From assembly GCA_910592345.1 (NCBI GenBank), contig CAJVPI010000042.1, forward strand, positions 1 to 64,000: DNA of 64,000 nucleotides. Reading direction: 5' to 3'. The DNA is from Paraglomus brasilianum (lineage: Eukaryota). Within the stretch, counting starts at the first letter, position 1; the number at the start of each line of letters is the position of its first letter. The notes beneath the pieces are model-generated. The model was not told the origin of the DNA and did no database searches. It saw nothing but the letters and a program-made list of their open reading frames with translations. Below are positions 1-12,989 of this stretch, one piece after another. The translations under genes and the position numbers were made by a program.

Positions 1-1793
1 AAGACTACCATTGTTAGCATATTGCATAACAATCATGTACTCTTTTGTTTCTGGGTCTTGTGTGACTCCATAAATTTCAAGGAAATAACAACTGCTGTTT
101 ATGCACTTGGCATGATTTCTGAACTATTAAATAAAATACATACAGTCAGATTAAATATCACTTTAATTAATAATACCAATTATTGATTACCTCAGAAATA
201 AATAATTCTGGCGTCTGACCAAAACATTTGAAACGTTTGAGGACAACAGTTCGTGGCTTGTCAATAAGTTCTTCATGTAGTCTATATTTGGCAGTATAAA
301 CTGTTCCATAACCACCAGATCCGATTTGTTTGAGTTTGTAAAAATCGCTATATTTTATGTACTTTATATTTAACCATCCATGAAATTGTATAAATTTGTC
401 CAATATTTGACGTATTTCATGATAGAAAACTAGATAATATTCCCGAGTAGATGGCGCCTGAGTGATACCAATTATCCAAATATTGTCCGGTGTAAGTATT
501 TCAGGGTATTCCTTGGTTAGCTATTTGAGTAAACAAACACTAATACAGTAAATAATCTGCTTGATATAGATACGCACGTTAATAATTTTATTTGCATTTT
601 ACACGTGAAATAATTTACCTGATGAAAATCAAATAACTGATCATCCCCTTCGTCAACTATCTTTTTGAGTGTCACACTTGTCAATTCATTTGTCGTCCAT
701 TCTGCTATATGTGTGCATCCATGGCGTAACGATGTCATCTCTTGTATGTTTATCAATAGTGAGTATTCAACCCATTGTATATACGCATCATCTTTGTTAT
801 TCATATTACTCCACGACTTCATAATAAATGAATCCAAAGACTTGTTGCCCATAGTCCAATCAAGAGGTCGTGGCGATTTACATTTATAACAGAATGCATT
901 TATCTTAGGTTCTAATCGACACATACACGCCAGACATAATCCACCGTCAACTTTTATGAGACAATACTTTGTATTGTACGTAAATCCGATGGTAACCCAA
1001 GCATCCGTGGTAAGAATATCTGGATGTTCATCACATAACTAATGGAAATGATATATAATAATAAGCCAACAATCATTTAAATTATTCAATAGACATGACG
1101 CATAAGTAAATAGCTTACCTCGGCATAATATGAATCATGTGTCTCGTCTGTTATCTCAAGTGGAATCAATTTAACAAATGCACGAGTAGGTAGTCCATCC
1201 AAGTATCCATATCCATCTCCCTCGTCACCAACGCAATCAAATGGAATCCATTCCAAATAGGCATGATTTGCTGAGTTTGTCTGTAATTGAGATTTCTTAA
1301 TAAACTCATCGAGTTGCTTATTGTTGCTAGTCCATCTATCGGATAATTCTTTATATCCACATGTGCACCACACAGGACTACATCGGAGTATTCCGCATGC
1401 AGTGCAGAATCCATAGAGAGAATAATAATGGTAAAAGCGTCTATAGGCGACCATGTAATAACTACCGTCATACTCGGTAAATCCTTTTATGAGTTTGTTG
1501 CGATGTTCAAGCCATTCTGCACATCGTCTAAATTGACTGGCATTATCATTGTACTTGTATGCTGCAAGTGAGTATATTCTAATGAACTCATTCACAAACG
1601 CTGGTGTACATATTTCATCGCTTCCAACCAATAGCAACATTATCTTAACGTCGTAATGACTAGCGTAGTAGACATTGTCAATTTGAGTTGGCTCTATGTT
1701 GGAGATTTCCTCGTAAGGAATACCCAAGTATTTTTGAACTAAGTTGTCAATTGCTGGATTATTAACAACCCCTGATGCTAATACTAACGACAT
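1..1793 (-). CDS. Protein kinase (TKL-like, Glomeromycotina-expanded type), 5' part; continues beyond the left edge. Exons approx 1793-1119, 1038-619, 520-191, 123-<1
   Basis: ATG at 1793. GT..AG introns join the ORFs in frame. Gly-loop IGSGGYGTVY, VVLKRFK, then FRNHAKC..LEIYGVTQDPETKEYMIVMQYANNGSL in the last visible exon. Repeated N-terminal WT(S/M)xN..LD.FI modules. Confidence 0.9.
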
Positions 1794-2122
1794 GGTTTGA
1801 GTTAAAAAAGTTTTTCGGGTGTTATCTAAAAACTTGTGTTACGCACACCTAGTATAATGCACTTCAACGCTTGTGTTACATCGCACATTTCCGCTTTAAT
1901 TTATGCTTATTTTTTATGCTTATTCGTTCGTCAAAGTCATTTTTTTCCTTGGCATGAACCTTCAAATACCTCGTTTACCGTAAATTTGTGTAAATCTTCG
2001 ATGAATCTTACATACCTATGCTACGCAGGTGCTTTTATATTCTAATACTTTTTCTCTTCATAATTCTTTGGAATGCTAAAAACAGTATAGTATAAGAGAT
2101 ATAACTACACAAATTTATTATA

Positions 2123-2710
2123 CAGTGCTCTGCCAACCATCCCTGTCGATCAATTAGTAAAACATACTGTATGAGGTCATATTATTGCTGTTTTCAAAAT
2201 GGTGCGATCATCACAAAATAAAAGAAAACGATATGAAAAACGATTATAAAAACGTGACTACAATCTACCAATATTTAAGGAGAAAAGTATTATTTATTGT
2301 GTAATACTTTTCTCCTTAAATATTGTAGATTGTAGTCACGTTTTTATAATCGTTTTTAAAATTTTTTGTTTTATTTTGTGTGATGATCGCACCATTTTGA
2401 AAACAGCAATAAGCAAACAAAAATTTTTGCATTTTTATGAAGCTAATTGATTATATTTTTCAGGGAAAATAATGATTAAACTAGGCTAGTTGTCATATTG
2501 TGGTTCGATGAAGTGATAATACGTAATATATATTAATATTAATATACCATCATTTCGTCTAATCACGGATCCAATACAACACCTTACTTAAGTTTATGAG
2601 TATTTATTTGAAGACTAAAGTTATTTGTTTAATAGATATGGCCAGTAGAGATTTTTGAAAAAAAAATAATAAAATAGACTTTTACTAATTTATCGGTCGG
2701 CAGGGCACTG
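2123..2710. mobile_element. Tc1/mariner-type non-autonomous element (MITE) with an internal ~230-bp palindrome
   Basis: Left end TA|CAGTGCTCTGCCAACC..GATCAATTAGTAAAA matches the reverse complement of the right end TTTTACTAATTTATCGGTCGGCAGGGCACTG|TA. Internal inverted repeat at ~2183-2412. Confidence 0.8.
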
Positions 2711-5442
2711 TACACGCATATTAATATCTAATGATTAATACATTGTTTGAAAGCCAGAATGATACAAAATAAAGTTTATTAAGTTTCGCTTACCGTTATT
2801 TTTGAAACGGTGTCGCAACTAATTTACTAAATATTTAAGACGGACTCTGGTATAGAATTCCATTTCTCTGTCTAAATCCTCTATTCAATGTATCAGTTTC
2901 TAACATTATATTGCACGGTTAAAACTGGTAGCTTGCTAGAGCTGACGCGGTCGCAGTATATATATACGTGCTGTTGTTCTCTTTCGTTGCTGCAAAGAAA
3001 GAATTGAATATTAGAGTATCCCGTTTCATATGACTGCTGAATAATGCCGCACTATTTGTTCAGTGAATTTCACCCCAATACCCTAATGAAAATCAAAAAC
3101 TTGCGCTTTATTAATATTAATTTGCAATACATAAACTGTACTCATACATTAATTATATTCTTAATTAAATCTAGCCATGGCTGTTTTAGAAGACGGGGCA
3201 AACCTACCATTACAGTCTCACCTGTCCATTTGTATAATTTGTTATTTGCATAAAGAGCCCATTGGGCTATTTGTATGCGTGAACATGCATATGCATACTG
3301 TGCATTTGATAGTAAGAGGAGCCACGCAGTAGTTAAATTCCTAGTGCCGACAATTATTACTACACTCCCGCAGTTGTTGGCACGACATCAGTGAGACCAT
3401 TTTGGACTCAAAGTATAAATTAGATAGATACCAGATGCTGCTCCAAGCAACCTTGCTATTTGCTGGGACTGTTTCCAATAAGGGTCAGTATTCTGTTGGT
3501 ATCAACACCACCCGGAAAGACAATAAGTTGACTTTTTCTTCTATGCTATTATATAAACAAACAATACCACGTGGAAAGGTACTTTGTATACCAACCTAAT
3601 GATACAGAAGAACGAACAGTAAGTTTATTCATTTTCTTTTTTCCCTTTTTTTGTGTTTCCTTGTATGTTTAATATGATACAGTATATGATAATGGCCTCT
3701 GATCGTGAACATAAATAAAGATGTGATGGGTTTTCTTCGCGGAAAAACGCATTTAAGCATTAACATTGTCGGATATGTCACGTTTACAACCTTTGTTCAA
3801 AGAGATTAAATTATATTTCAAAAAACCCTTGTGAGGAAGAATGATCGCGCAAAAAAAAAAAAAAAATTTTTAGTTAACCTTCAACATTTCGTTTCCACCA
3901 TCACCTCATTCACCAACCATCACCTGGAAGCCTTTAGCTCCGTCAACCATCCGAACACGGAATCTACAAAAGGAGACACGTTGATCAAATAACGTTTGAA
4001 AAAGATTTCTGCTATATCCAATAAGAGAGAAATTGCCGCCAACGCGTTTAAGTAAGAGGTATTTGTTTTGTCTACCATAATAGTCTGCATAGCCAAAGGA
4101 CGGCATCGCTCCCTTCCTTGTATGACACGAAAATTTCTGATTGTTACGATAATTTATATGCTATATGTAATCGCTCTCCTTACTTTGCTTATTAATATTT
4201 TGGTAAGGAAAACAAATCTTATGTGCGAGACGAGAAATTTAATATAAAAATCGGTTATCCGTTATTGTAAGCGCATTATTATTATTATTATTATTACTTA
4301 ATACATCAGGCGGGTGAAAAATGCCCTTGTTTTTGCATTGGCGTTTTAATACCCACAGTTTGATTTGGATAGGCTATAAACTTATAACAACTGTCAAATC
4401 TATTATAAGATGTTCGCGTCTTTAGACTGTTAATTCAATTTAGAAACCCATAAATCGACAAATATAATTTTAGCCTGATATAGTCCAATGTGTTAATGTG
4501 AAATAGCTATTACATTTATTTCTTGTCAACTTACTCAAAGAACAAAATTGATAATTTAAAAAAAAAAAAATACTAAGAGTATAGCTTCTTTCATGAATAC
4601 CCATGCTCAAAGTACTTTTGGGACAATAAAAACTGTACATGAGTGCATATCTGTTAACTGAAAATGCTGAAAAGCTTTTCAGTAAACATTTGATAACTTA
4701 GCCAAACATACTATGAACTCGTGATAAATAATTATAATGTGAATAAATACAGGTTTCTGAGATGCTTTTGTAGCTGACCTTTATTATTAAATCTAAGTTT
4801 TCTATATGCAAGGTATTAGTATTAGTACCAATTATTATTAATCATGAGTGATCTCGTACTCAAAGCTCTTTCTCAACTAGCTGCTTACCACAGTTACTTT
4901 GGGTATTGACACTTTAGGATCTCAGAATCAGAGATATTAATATATCTGGATTTTTTCTCATACTTTTTAATACGAATTGAATGTGTTTTCCACAGAAGAC
5001 CCGTTAGGATGATGATGATATGTTCGTAGCAAAGACGAGGTTGCACCACGCAGACATACAAGGATACATGGATGTAATAATAATTGACTTGTTGGCAGAT
5101 GCGTTGAGCCTAATTAATATCAAGGAGAATGGTAAAGCAATGAACCGTCGAGCAGATATCAAAGAACGATATTCGTAAATTGGATGTTAAATTCTGATAA
5201 TTCTTACGTAATCGTAATGACTAATACTCCTTATTCTGAGAGTACGCGAACAATATTCAATAAAATCGTATAGACTTTTGTGGCTTCGACCTGCTACATA
5301 TAATTGATTATAAAAGGTCACCACCGCATTCAACGGAAACATTTCAAGCTCAAGTAAAGCTCGCACCTAATTCGGTTTCGCTTTCCATAGACTTAATAGA
5401 AAAGGCTTACGTTGAACATCGATCATATATTTGCGTTATAAA

Positions 5443-6740
5443 TTAATAAGGCCTAAACCGCCGTGTTGCTTTCAATAGTTCTATTTTCTTCTTATCTTCT
5501 TCGAATTTCTTTCTCAGCTCGATAAGTTCTATTAAATAACCCATAAGTATTTGCCTATTCATCATTCCAAGACACAAAACATTGTACATGTATATGCAAA
5601 GATCCCAAGCCTCAGTCTCAGAAATCTTTTTTATACTTACTATTTCTTTTAGTCTCCCGTAATTGAAACCTGTAAAAATCCTGCAACTCTTTCTTTTTAG
5701 GCTTTAATTCTCTCGCTTCCTCTTCTCGCATCGCTGAGACCGTAATATTTCCATCGGTGTTAGTGTTTCTTTTCCCATAACGTGTTACCAATATAAATCC
5801 ATCTTCGTCAGGTTTGTTATGCTTGGCCTCTAATTCGCGTCGGCGAGCTAGTTCCGATTCAGTAAAAGCTGACATGTAGGAATCGACTTTTGATTGAAGA
5901 AGGTGAAGAGGAGGACGGAGGCCAATTTCGGTATTGATGTATGCTACAGAGAGTGATTGCAGTAAATTTGTAATAGATTTAGTAAAAGTGCTTGTATGTA
6001 TAACGAAGCGAATAATAAAGGTTTGGTTTTTTACATTCAAGCCCTAATGGTGGTACGATATCTTTGACGCTATCCCATATACGCTCCTTTGATCTCATAT
6101 TCAAAGCCTTTTCTAACGCTTCAACGTCTTTAAAAACTATATATGCAGATGATCCAGGAGTCAATACTAGGCGTAAGTGTGATGAGTTGTCGTGGGATTC
6201 ATTCTGAGAATCGGAATCGTTTGTATTCTTTTCCAATTGTTTCCCTTTTTTCTTTTTTTTCTTAGCCATACTAGTCTCTTCCTTTGCAGCTTCATTCGAT
6301 ATTGATGTACCATTACTCGATGAATTTGAAGTAGGATTTGTCTCGGACAAGTTTTTGTCTACAATTCTAAATACAACTTTGTCGACCGCACCACATTCAT
6401 TGAACAATTCTTTCAAATGAGCCTCTGTTGCATCCACGGGAAGATTTGTTACAAACAAAGTCTTATCTAATGGAAGCGTCTCTCCCTTGTGATCGCCGTC
6501 CTGATTATGAGTGGAATTTTCGGCAGAACCTGGTCGAGATCTAGTCTCATGCTTCTTGAAAAAACAAAAGTGGGTCACGTTTTTTGTTTCTATTGAAGAT
6601 TTGTTTGTTACGACTTTTAGATAGGTAGTTATCGGGAGAATTTTAAACAATGTTCCAGGAAGTTGTGGCAGAACGGGTGATTCCTTGGCAGAAGCCTTGG
6701 AAGATGATAGCTTTGTCCTGTGTTTTTTTGATTTGGCCAT
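5443..6740 (-). CDS. RRP7: Ribosomal RNA processing protein 7 (RRM + Rrp7 C-terminal domain); exons 6740-6035, 5943-5641, 5528-5443
   Basis: HFCFFKKH, TLFVTNLPVDATEAHLKELF, PDEDGFILVTR, KKKELQDFYRFQLRETKRN|KLIELRKKFEEDKKKIELLKATRRFRPY*. Confidence 0.95.
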
Positions 6741-7331
6741 TTTTTAATATCTGTAATAATTTTCAGATCAGCAAATATATGGCCGTGTGACTTCGACTGT
6801 GTTCTACAGTCCGGGATTTTACTCGATATGGAAATCGATTCTAGAATGATCTGTAGACGAATTCTTGAAATTTGATTGGCTCTGCAATTTTTCTGCGTCT
6901 TTTTACTTTGTGAATTTTCACAACACTTGTTCACTGCTCAAATTATACCAGTACACGCTCGTCTACTTTCAATAATCCACTTCGGTTAAAAAAGTTGGAC
7001 CGATCTAGTCATTTGAGATCTCATTAATATTAGGTGATGTAATTAAGGAAGGTATTGCAAGATTGACCAATGAGAATATAACAATTCACAAAAATAATCT
7101 TGTTTTTGAGATAGGACTGCAATGACGAGGCTCCTTGCGATTGAAACTTGCTCCGAGTCTGTTAGTGTTTAAGAAAAGGTTGCGAATATTGCGTTCGAAA
7201 GAGCATGGGGTATACTCTCTGAATATGTCACGGAAAGTTGAGACTATGTGTAAACACAGTGCTAACTAACAACAGATTTGACACACTATTATTATACATG
7301 ACGTAAGTTAATAGAAGGTTAACAATTTATC

Positions 7332-8031
7332 TCATGCTATATTGACAGTGCCTGAATTTTGTGGATATTCGATCTTAAAAGATGTTAAAAACAACACTAT
7401 GGTAAGAGTTAAGGTCCAGATTATGTTTCTCGCATTCTCTGTATTCTTATCGACTACGGGGTAAAGTAGCATTGGTCCGTTTAACACCAAATATACGAAT
7501 ATGAACAAGAGTCTAATTAGATTCAACGTAAACAACAATGCTCTTGGTGCATTAACTGTAGTTTCCCCGAAATGATATTTCAATCGAACCGCAACAAATA
7601 TAACTGCTACCCCTCTAATTACAAAAACTATCATCAAGATTGCATGATTGATTACAGTTACATCCCACAGCGAGCTAAATTCGAATGCCGCCTGAACCTG
7701 TGTAGAGAAAACACTTTGTGTGAAACAAGTAAAATGTAACAGGCATATTAATATGCGCAGAGAACATTAATAATAAACTTACTCCTGACATCCAAACCAT
7801 AATCAACAAAACTGTACCAAAAGTAATATCGACATTAGTAAATCGTGTTCGTTTTAATGTGTATAAGGTCAATGTCAATATCATTATTGTCAACAATTGA
7901 TAAGTTATCAATGAAATCCGAAGGGAAATTTCGTCCCCTTTGTTATCAAACATAGACATTGAGAACGTGGTTATAGCCATTCCATTAATTAGGAGTTTAT
8001 AGATAGCTAGGCTAAGGTCTTGGTTACTCAT
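7332..8031 (-). CDS. Hypothetical multi-pass membrane protein (~200 aa), two exons (8031-7783, 7697-7332)
   Basis: A GTAAGT..CAG intron joins the two hydrophobic ORFs in frame (WMSG|VQAAFEFSSLW). Roughly six hydrophobic segments. Confidence 0.7.
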
Positions 8032-8479
8032 GATATAGAAGAGCGTAAGCCCTGCATTAACGCTAGCAGCCTAATAAAATTAGCTAATATGAAATTAACG
8101 AATACTCTCGTTAAAAATCGAACCGATAAACACACTATTGATTTACCGCTATGACCACCTCCAAGTAAACATCTCCGTTGCCCATCACAAATTGTGCGGT
8201 ATGCAATTCCGCTGTAAAAGAAATCATTTTTTGTTGCTTTAAATATAACGTAAAAGTATGTTACACGCATTGGTCATGGGACATGTCGATAATGTAGAAC
8301 TTCATTGTCGATAATGCACTTCATTGTCGATAAGTAAAAGTTTTTTTGTGTAATATTAGATTCTATATTTTATTGAGTCTTGTGATATTATTTACGAGCA
8401 TTATTAGGTCTCGAAATTGATAAGAATGTTAACGATGACAAACTGATCCAAATATTAGTAGACAAACAGCTATGACAAT

Positions 8480-9180
8480 TACTCGGCTTTATGGTATTAA
8501 GTAACCATAATTCTCCACTCCGAATAGAAATAGGCGATCGGCGCATTGTGTGTTTTGACGGGGAGGCAATCATTTCGTCGACCCGACAATCATTTCGCCG
8601 ACAAATCTTCACCAACATTATTTCGAAGTTATCCTTTTTTGGTAGTTAATTGTCGGTGAAATGTACTGTCGGTGAAATGATTGTCGATGAAATAATACGG
8701 ACCCGTTTTGACGTATCTTCTCATTGTAAGGATATGACGAATCACAAGAAGCTCAATTATGAGTCTATGTTTATTACGCAAGTTATCCAAAGAATCCATA
8801 ACCTGAATCAGCGCGCTGTACGCGCCTCGCATTTCCTTTTTAGAATATGTCTCTACAAAATCTACAGTTATATCTTCTGTGGTCTTCTTATAAAAGGATG
8901 CCAGATTATATTTCTGCAAAGCAGATCTATAGGCTGAATCTACGTATATCCTCTTCTCTTTCTAAACATTTTCGAATCTCTAAAGCTTTCATATCATCCA
9001 GAACTTGCGCATTAGCAATTAATCCAAACCCAAATCCTTTTAATTGCATGTACACTTGTCAGCAACTTCTTACCTTCATTGTTTTCTGTGACCGTTGAAT
9101 CAATGGAAGGACAATCTTCAGCACTGCTAATGTCATAACCACATTCTCTAAGACGATCAGCCAATAAACTACAAAATTGT
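8480..9180 (-). pseudogene. Disrupted hypothetical gene interrupted by the MITE at 8561-8704
   Basis: Protein-like ORF 8629-8919 runs into the MITE, and the frame resumes briefly (RRYVKTHNAPIAYFYSEW) once the insertion is removed. No family recognised. Confidence 0.35.
8561..8704. mobile_element. 144-bp Mutator-like MITE with a 9-bp target-site duplication
   Basis: GTTTTGACG on both sides (8552-8560, 8705-8713). GGG..CCC termini. Inverted arrays of (CATTTCGCCGACA)-like and (TGTCGGTGAAATG)-like units. Confidence 0.8.
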
Positions 9181-9583
9181 TTCTAGACGCATTGCAGCAA
9201 AATGCATTATAGAGATGAGTTTCCAAAGAAGCGTTTGGCTTAAAAATCCAGGAGTAAGTGTTTTATCACAACGGGTCTCTTCTAAGTCGCGACATTACAT
9301 CGATAGCTGATAAAACGAAGTAAGTCCTCGCGATCCGTTGGTAAATTATCGCTCCGTAAATCTGTTAAAATGTAAATTTTAACCTTCGAACACTGTGTAA
9401 CAATTTATAAGCTTCGTGACACGTCAGACCAGCTAATTTACGGAAATGAGCAAACGTCATATCGAAGTTGTTATACTTACGCCACAAGTCATGACTGGAG
9501 TTGCTATCAAATAATCGAGATTTGCCACTGCATTATTAATATCAGCAAATATTTCCTTTTTCGATAATTGCATTTCCCTTGAA

Positions 9584-9877
9584 TCATTCCTTATGAAGAG
9601 CCATAGCCATCTCTGCACTAGCGAACATCGGAATATAGACTTTAAACCCTTTTCTAAGGCCGATTAATTCAACATTCCACTTTTTGGCATTTATATCTCC
9701 TATATGCTGATTCCATATCACGGTTGAATTATCAGCATACAGTATATTGAGCAAGCTTTTAACGTGATCTCTTCCTATAACACGCCCCCCAGAAGCTTGG
9801 ACGGGGATAAGAGCGTATGTTTGTTCTTTATTAAATCCTAATTCTGGTGCATGATCCCGTGCTTTGGGGTCTTTCAA
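9584..9877 (-). CDS. Hypothetical protein exon or fragment
   Basis: 97-aa ORF with globular-like composition; start and family not established. Confidence 0.3.
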   Translation of the reverse strand: MKDPKARDHAPELGFNKEQTYALIPVQASGGRVIGRDHVKSLLNILYADNSTVIWNQHIGDINAKKWNVELIGLRKGFKVYIPMFASAEMAMALHKE

Positions 9878-10807
9878 TTTTTGACTAATTCTTCGGCGTA
9901 ACTGCTAAGCTTAGCTACGCTCATCTGAGGGGTTAGGTTGTATTGATTTACGAAATTTGCAGCAATTTTCGACATTATCTTATGCGGATTATAACTATGG
10001 AAATTATCTTTTAATTCAAAATAATTATTCGTTAATTATTCTTGGTCGTATTATATTTTTTATTCGATTTTTATACATATATGCCTATTATAAAGGGACA
10101 AAAGTCAAAATTATCGTCGTTTTAATATGTGCTACATGATCTGATCGGCGTATCTCGTGCATTATAACACGCTATATTGCGCTAAATCCATATTCTTTTG
10201 GAGTTTTTTTTTACCCATTCTTCGTCATTAGAAACGTCGTTTATAGACAAGATATTTTCTGGAAAAGCGCATGTTATATTATTACTAGATTCGATTTCTT
10301 TTGCAGAACAGGATACTTCGTAGCTGGAATCGATCCTTAATAAGCTATGATTATCGCTAGCTTCAATAATCTTAGCCGACTCCGCAGTATTGCCCGACGT
10401 TGTTTTTTTTCTGGTTAGTGGGTGGATTATCTTGCGGGATGTCTGAAAGTTCATCGATTGTTTCACGTAATTTATTCACGATTTTAGAACGATCAAGGAT
10501 ATATTGCCATTCTCTTTTTCCGCCACCCGCTCAACACCAATTGGTGGGAGTTTTTTTTCCGAGAATCGTACTGCTGAATGCTTTTTTGCCATTAACCTCG
10601 CACCATGTATATGGTATACCTGATATAAACTTGTGCAGCTTGGTTTATCAATTCGATCTTCATTCCATGACGAAATATGGTCGGATGGAATTTGGTAGTT
10701 GTTCACGTATTATTTCTGTTTTCATTCTTGTGCTAGGGATATCTTGTGGACCTCGGCAGGCTAACTCCGCAGCGAGCCAACCCCTGCAATGACGACGCAA
10801 ATGTGTT

Positions 10808-10916
10808 CATTCGAATGATGATGCAAACGTAATCCCAATAACTGGGATGGTGTAATCCGGTGTCATTCGAATTACGACGCAAACGTAATTCTATCGTACC
10901 CAATAACTAGGATGGT
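10808..10916. repeat. Two imperfect direct copies of a ~50-bp unit
   Basis: CATTCGAAT..GA(T/C)GCAAACGTAAT..CCCAATAACT(G/A)GGATGGT occurs twice. Confidence 0.6.
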
Positions 10917-11515
10917 TGTAAAAAAAGCTTAAAATGGATATAGGAGCGTTAAGAATGACATGGGATAGTTATAACCCACACTAAGTGGTATATTAATGTT
11001 GAGAAAGAGTATAGTTTTTCAAAATATTCCTTAGAAGGGTAGCCGATCGTATTAATCATTCTACCCTATTTGTTGAACTTGACAAGACATTAATGCTTCT
11101 GGAGTCTAATTAACTGGAGAATCTACAGAAATCACTAATCGACTGTCACGTAGCAAGAGCAAGTCGAAGATCAAAGAAATGGGTTACAGAAGACTTATGA
11201 CTATATGGTTAATATTCGCAATCTATATGAAGAGCAACGTAGGAATAACGAAATTCTTACGGAACAATGGGCCTTTCGATATTAGAGGATATTATTCACG
11301 TCATATGTTACGTGTTAAAATAGAAGAGAATGTATGATACAACGTAATCCGGGTTGTTTTCCGGTGACTTAATTTTTTATTAGATTTCTTGCTGGACTTT
11401 CTGTTATCCTAAAAACGTTCCAAGACTTCAAAGACTGGGTAATATATTTTTTCCAGTCTTAATTAACCCTCTGCTGTAAAATGTCGTTAGACCTCGTTAG
11501 ATCAAACAATGACTC

Positions 11516-12989
11516 TTAAGCATCATTGGAATATCTTTTGTCACGACTTCGACTCCGCCGTCTTTTTCTCCTATCTTCATGCCGTTTCCTATCCCGACTT
11601 ACACTTCTACTCCTACTCCTACTCCTACTCCTACTCCGACTCCAATTCCGATTCCGATTCCGACTCCGACTCCTACTGTGTTGATGATTTTTATGGGGTC
11701 TGCGATCGCGGATTGGACTATTACTACGACCTCGCACGCCTCGTTCCTCGCTTAAACTACGTGATTTTCGGGAAGACCGTCGTCGGAATCGATCTTCATC
11801 ACTTGGACTGCGTCGAGATGACCGGCGATGGCGGTCATCATCTCTATCTTTACTTCTACGACGTGCGGATTTGTGGTCACGCCTCTAGAAAATTAAACAA
11901 CTATGTCAAAATCAAGACAGTTTATAATTACAATGGGGAGGAAACATTAAGTACCCGTTTTCCTTTTTCTTCTCGGCGTTCTCGAGTTCGAACATCCCTC
12001 GATTTCGTTTTACCATCTCCTTTAGCTTGTCTTCGGCTAATTTCTTCGTTGGTCATCTCATCATCCTCCTGTAAATTAAAATCCTTTGATATCGTACTGT
12101 ACTGTGAAACCGTATACTAAAAGATTTTAAACGCCATTTCGTACCTGTTCCTTTACGGTTTCATCCGTTTTCTGAGTTTCATCAACGCCTTCCTGGGCTG
12201 ACTGCGATACCTTTGAACGTTTTTTAGCACCACTATATGGGAGAGAAAAGACGGTATAAGTCTTCCTGAATGGAATATTAGTCATCGGACTAAGACAAGT
12301 GCGTCGACTTACAGCATAGATGCCATCAATTCTGATTCAGCCGCCTTAACTTTGTCAATCTCCTCTTTCTCTGGTCTTATTGGCGTTCCATCTTTTGCAT
12401 ACCATGTCAAATCTTTGCCTAAGTTTTGAGGAACGGCACAGAAATAAGCAAGCAGACCGGCTTTTTCTTACGATTAGAAGAAAAAAGAAAACCAGTCCAA
12501 ACCTTGTTGCCATCTACAACAAATAAAATAGTCAGTTCGAGTTGGGTAAAATCATCTTTATCAAGTGACCGGAAAGAATAAACTTACCTGCCAACAGGAG
12601 CGTGCACTGAATGTCCCAAATAATTCTCTCGATACTTGTCTGTCTTTACATCGCTAGTGATGAACTGTTTTAAAATCTGTCCTTGATAACAGCAGGAAGT
12701 TCAAACTTGTTTTCTCAATACTTACTCCCCTGTGGAAGCGAAATTAATAGAGTTTAGCAAAAGTTCAAATATAGAGGATATAATAATAAGCTACAAGTAG
12801 GAAGTAAATCGGTGCCTTCGACGAGATCATCCGCTTGACAAGTTACATACAACTAAATTGATCCTAGGAATAGCGTTGGGAAATTTGTAAGCGACGGAAA
12901 CAAATGCACTGAATACAAGCTTTAGTTACAAGCCTTAGTTGAAATCTTACCCTTCCACCTCTTACACCTCCTCGTGGTGGATGGTACAT
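11516..12989 (-). CDS. MMTAG2: MMtag-domain protein (MMTAG2/C1orf35-like) with RS-rich tail; 9 exons: 12989-12951, 12863-12851, 12729-12726, 12653-12588, 12513-12503, 12418-12313, 12232-12145, 12068-11955, 11884-11516
   Basis: Spliced N-terminus MYHPPRGGVRGGR|DQFSW DDVKTDKYRENYLGHSVHAPVGR WQQGKDLTWYAK is the MMtag motif. The last exon encodes RS/RN dipeptide repeats. Confidence 0.88.

Noticed and set aside
8284..8333. Three copies of a TGTCGATAA-containing unit upstream of the membrane-protein gene
   Set aside because: Too short to distinguish replication slippage from a regulatory motif.
11509..12120. 203-aa plus-strand ORF with YS/DS repeats
   Set aside because: Antisense shadow of the RS-rich exons of the MMtag gene.
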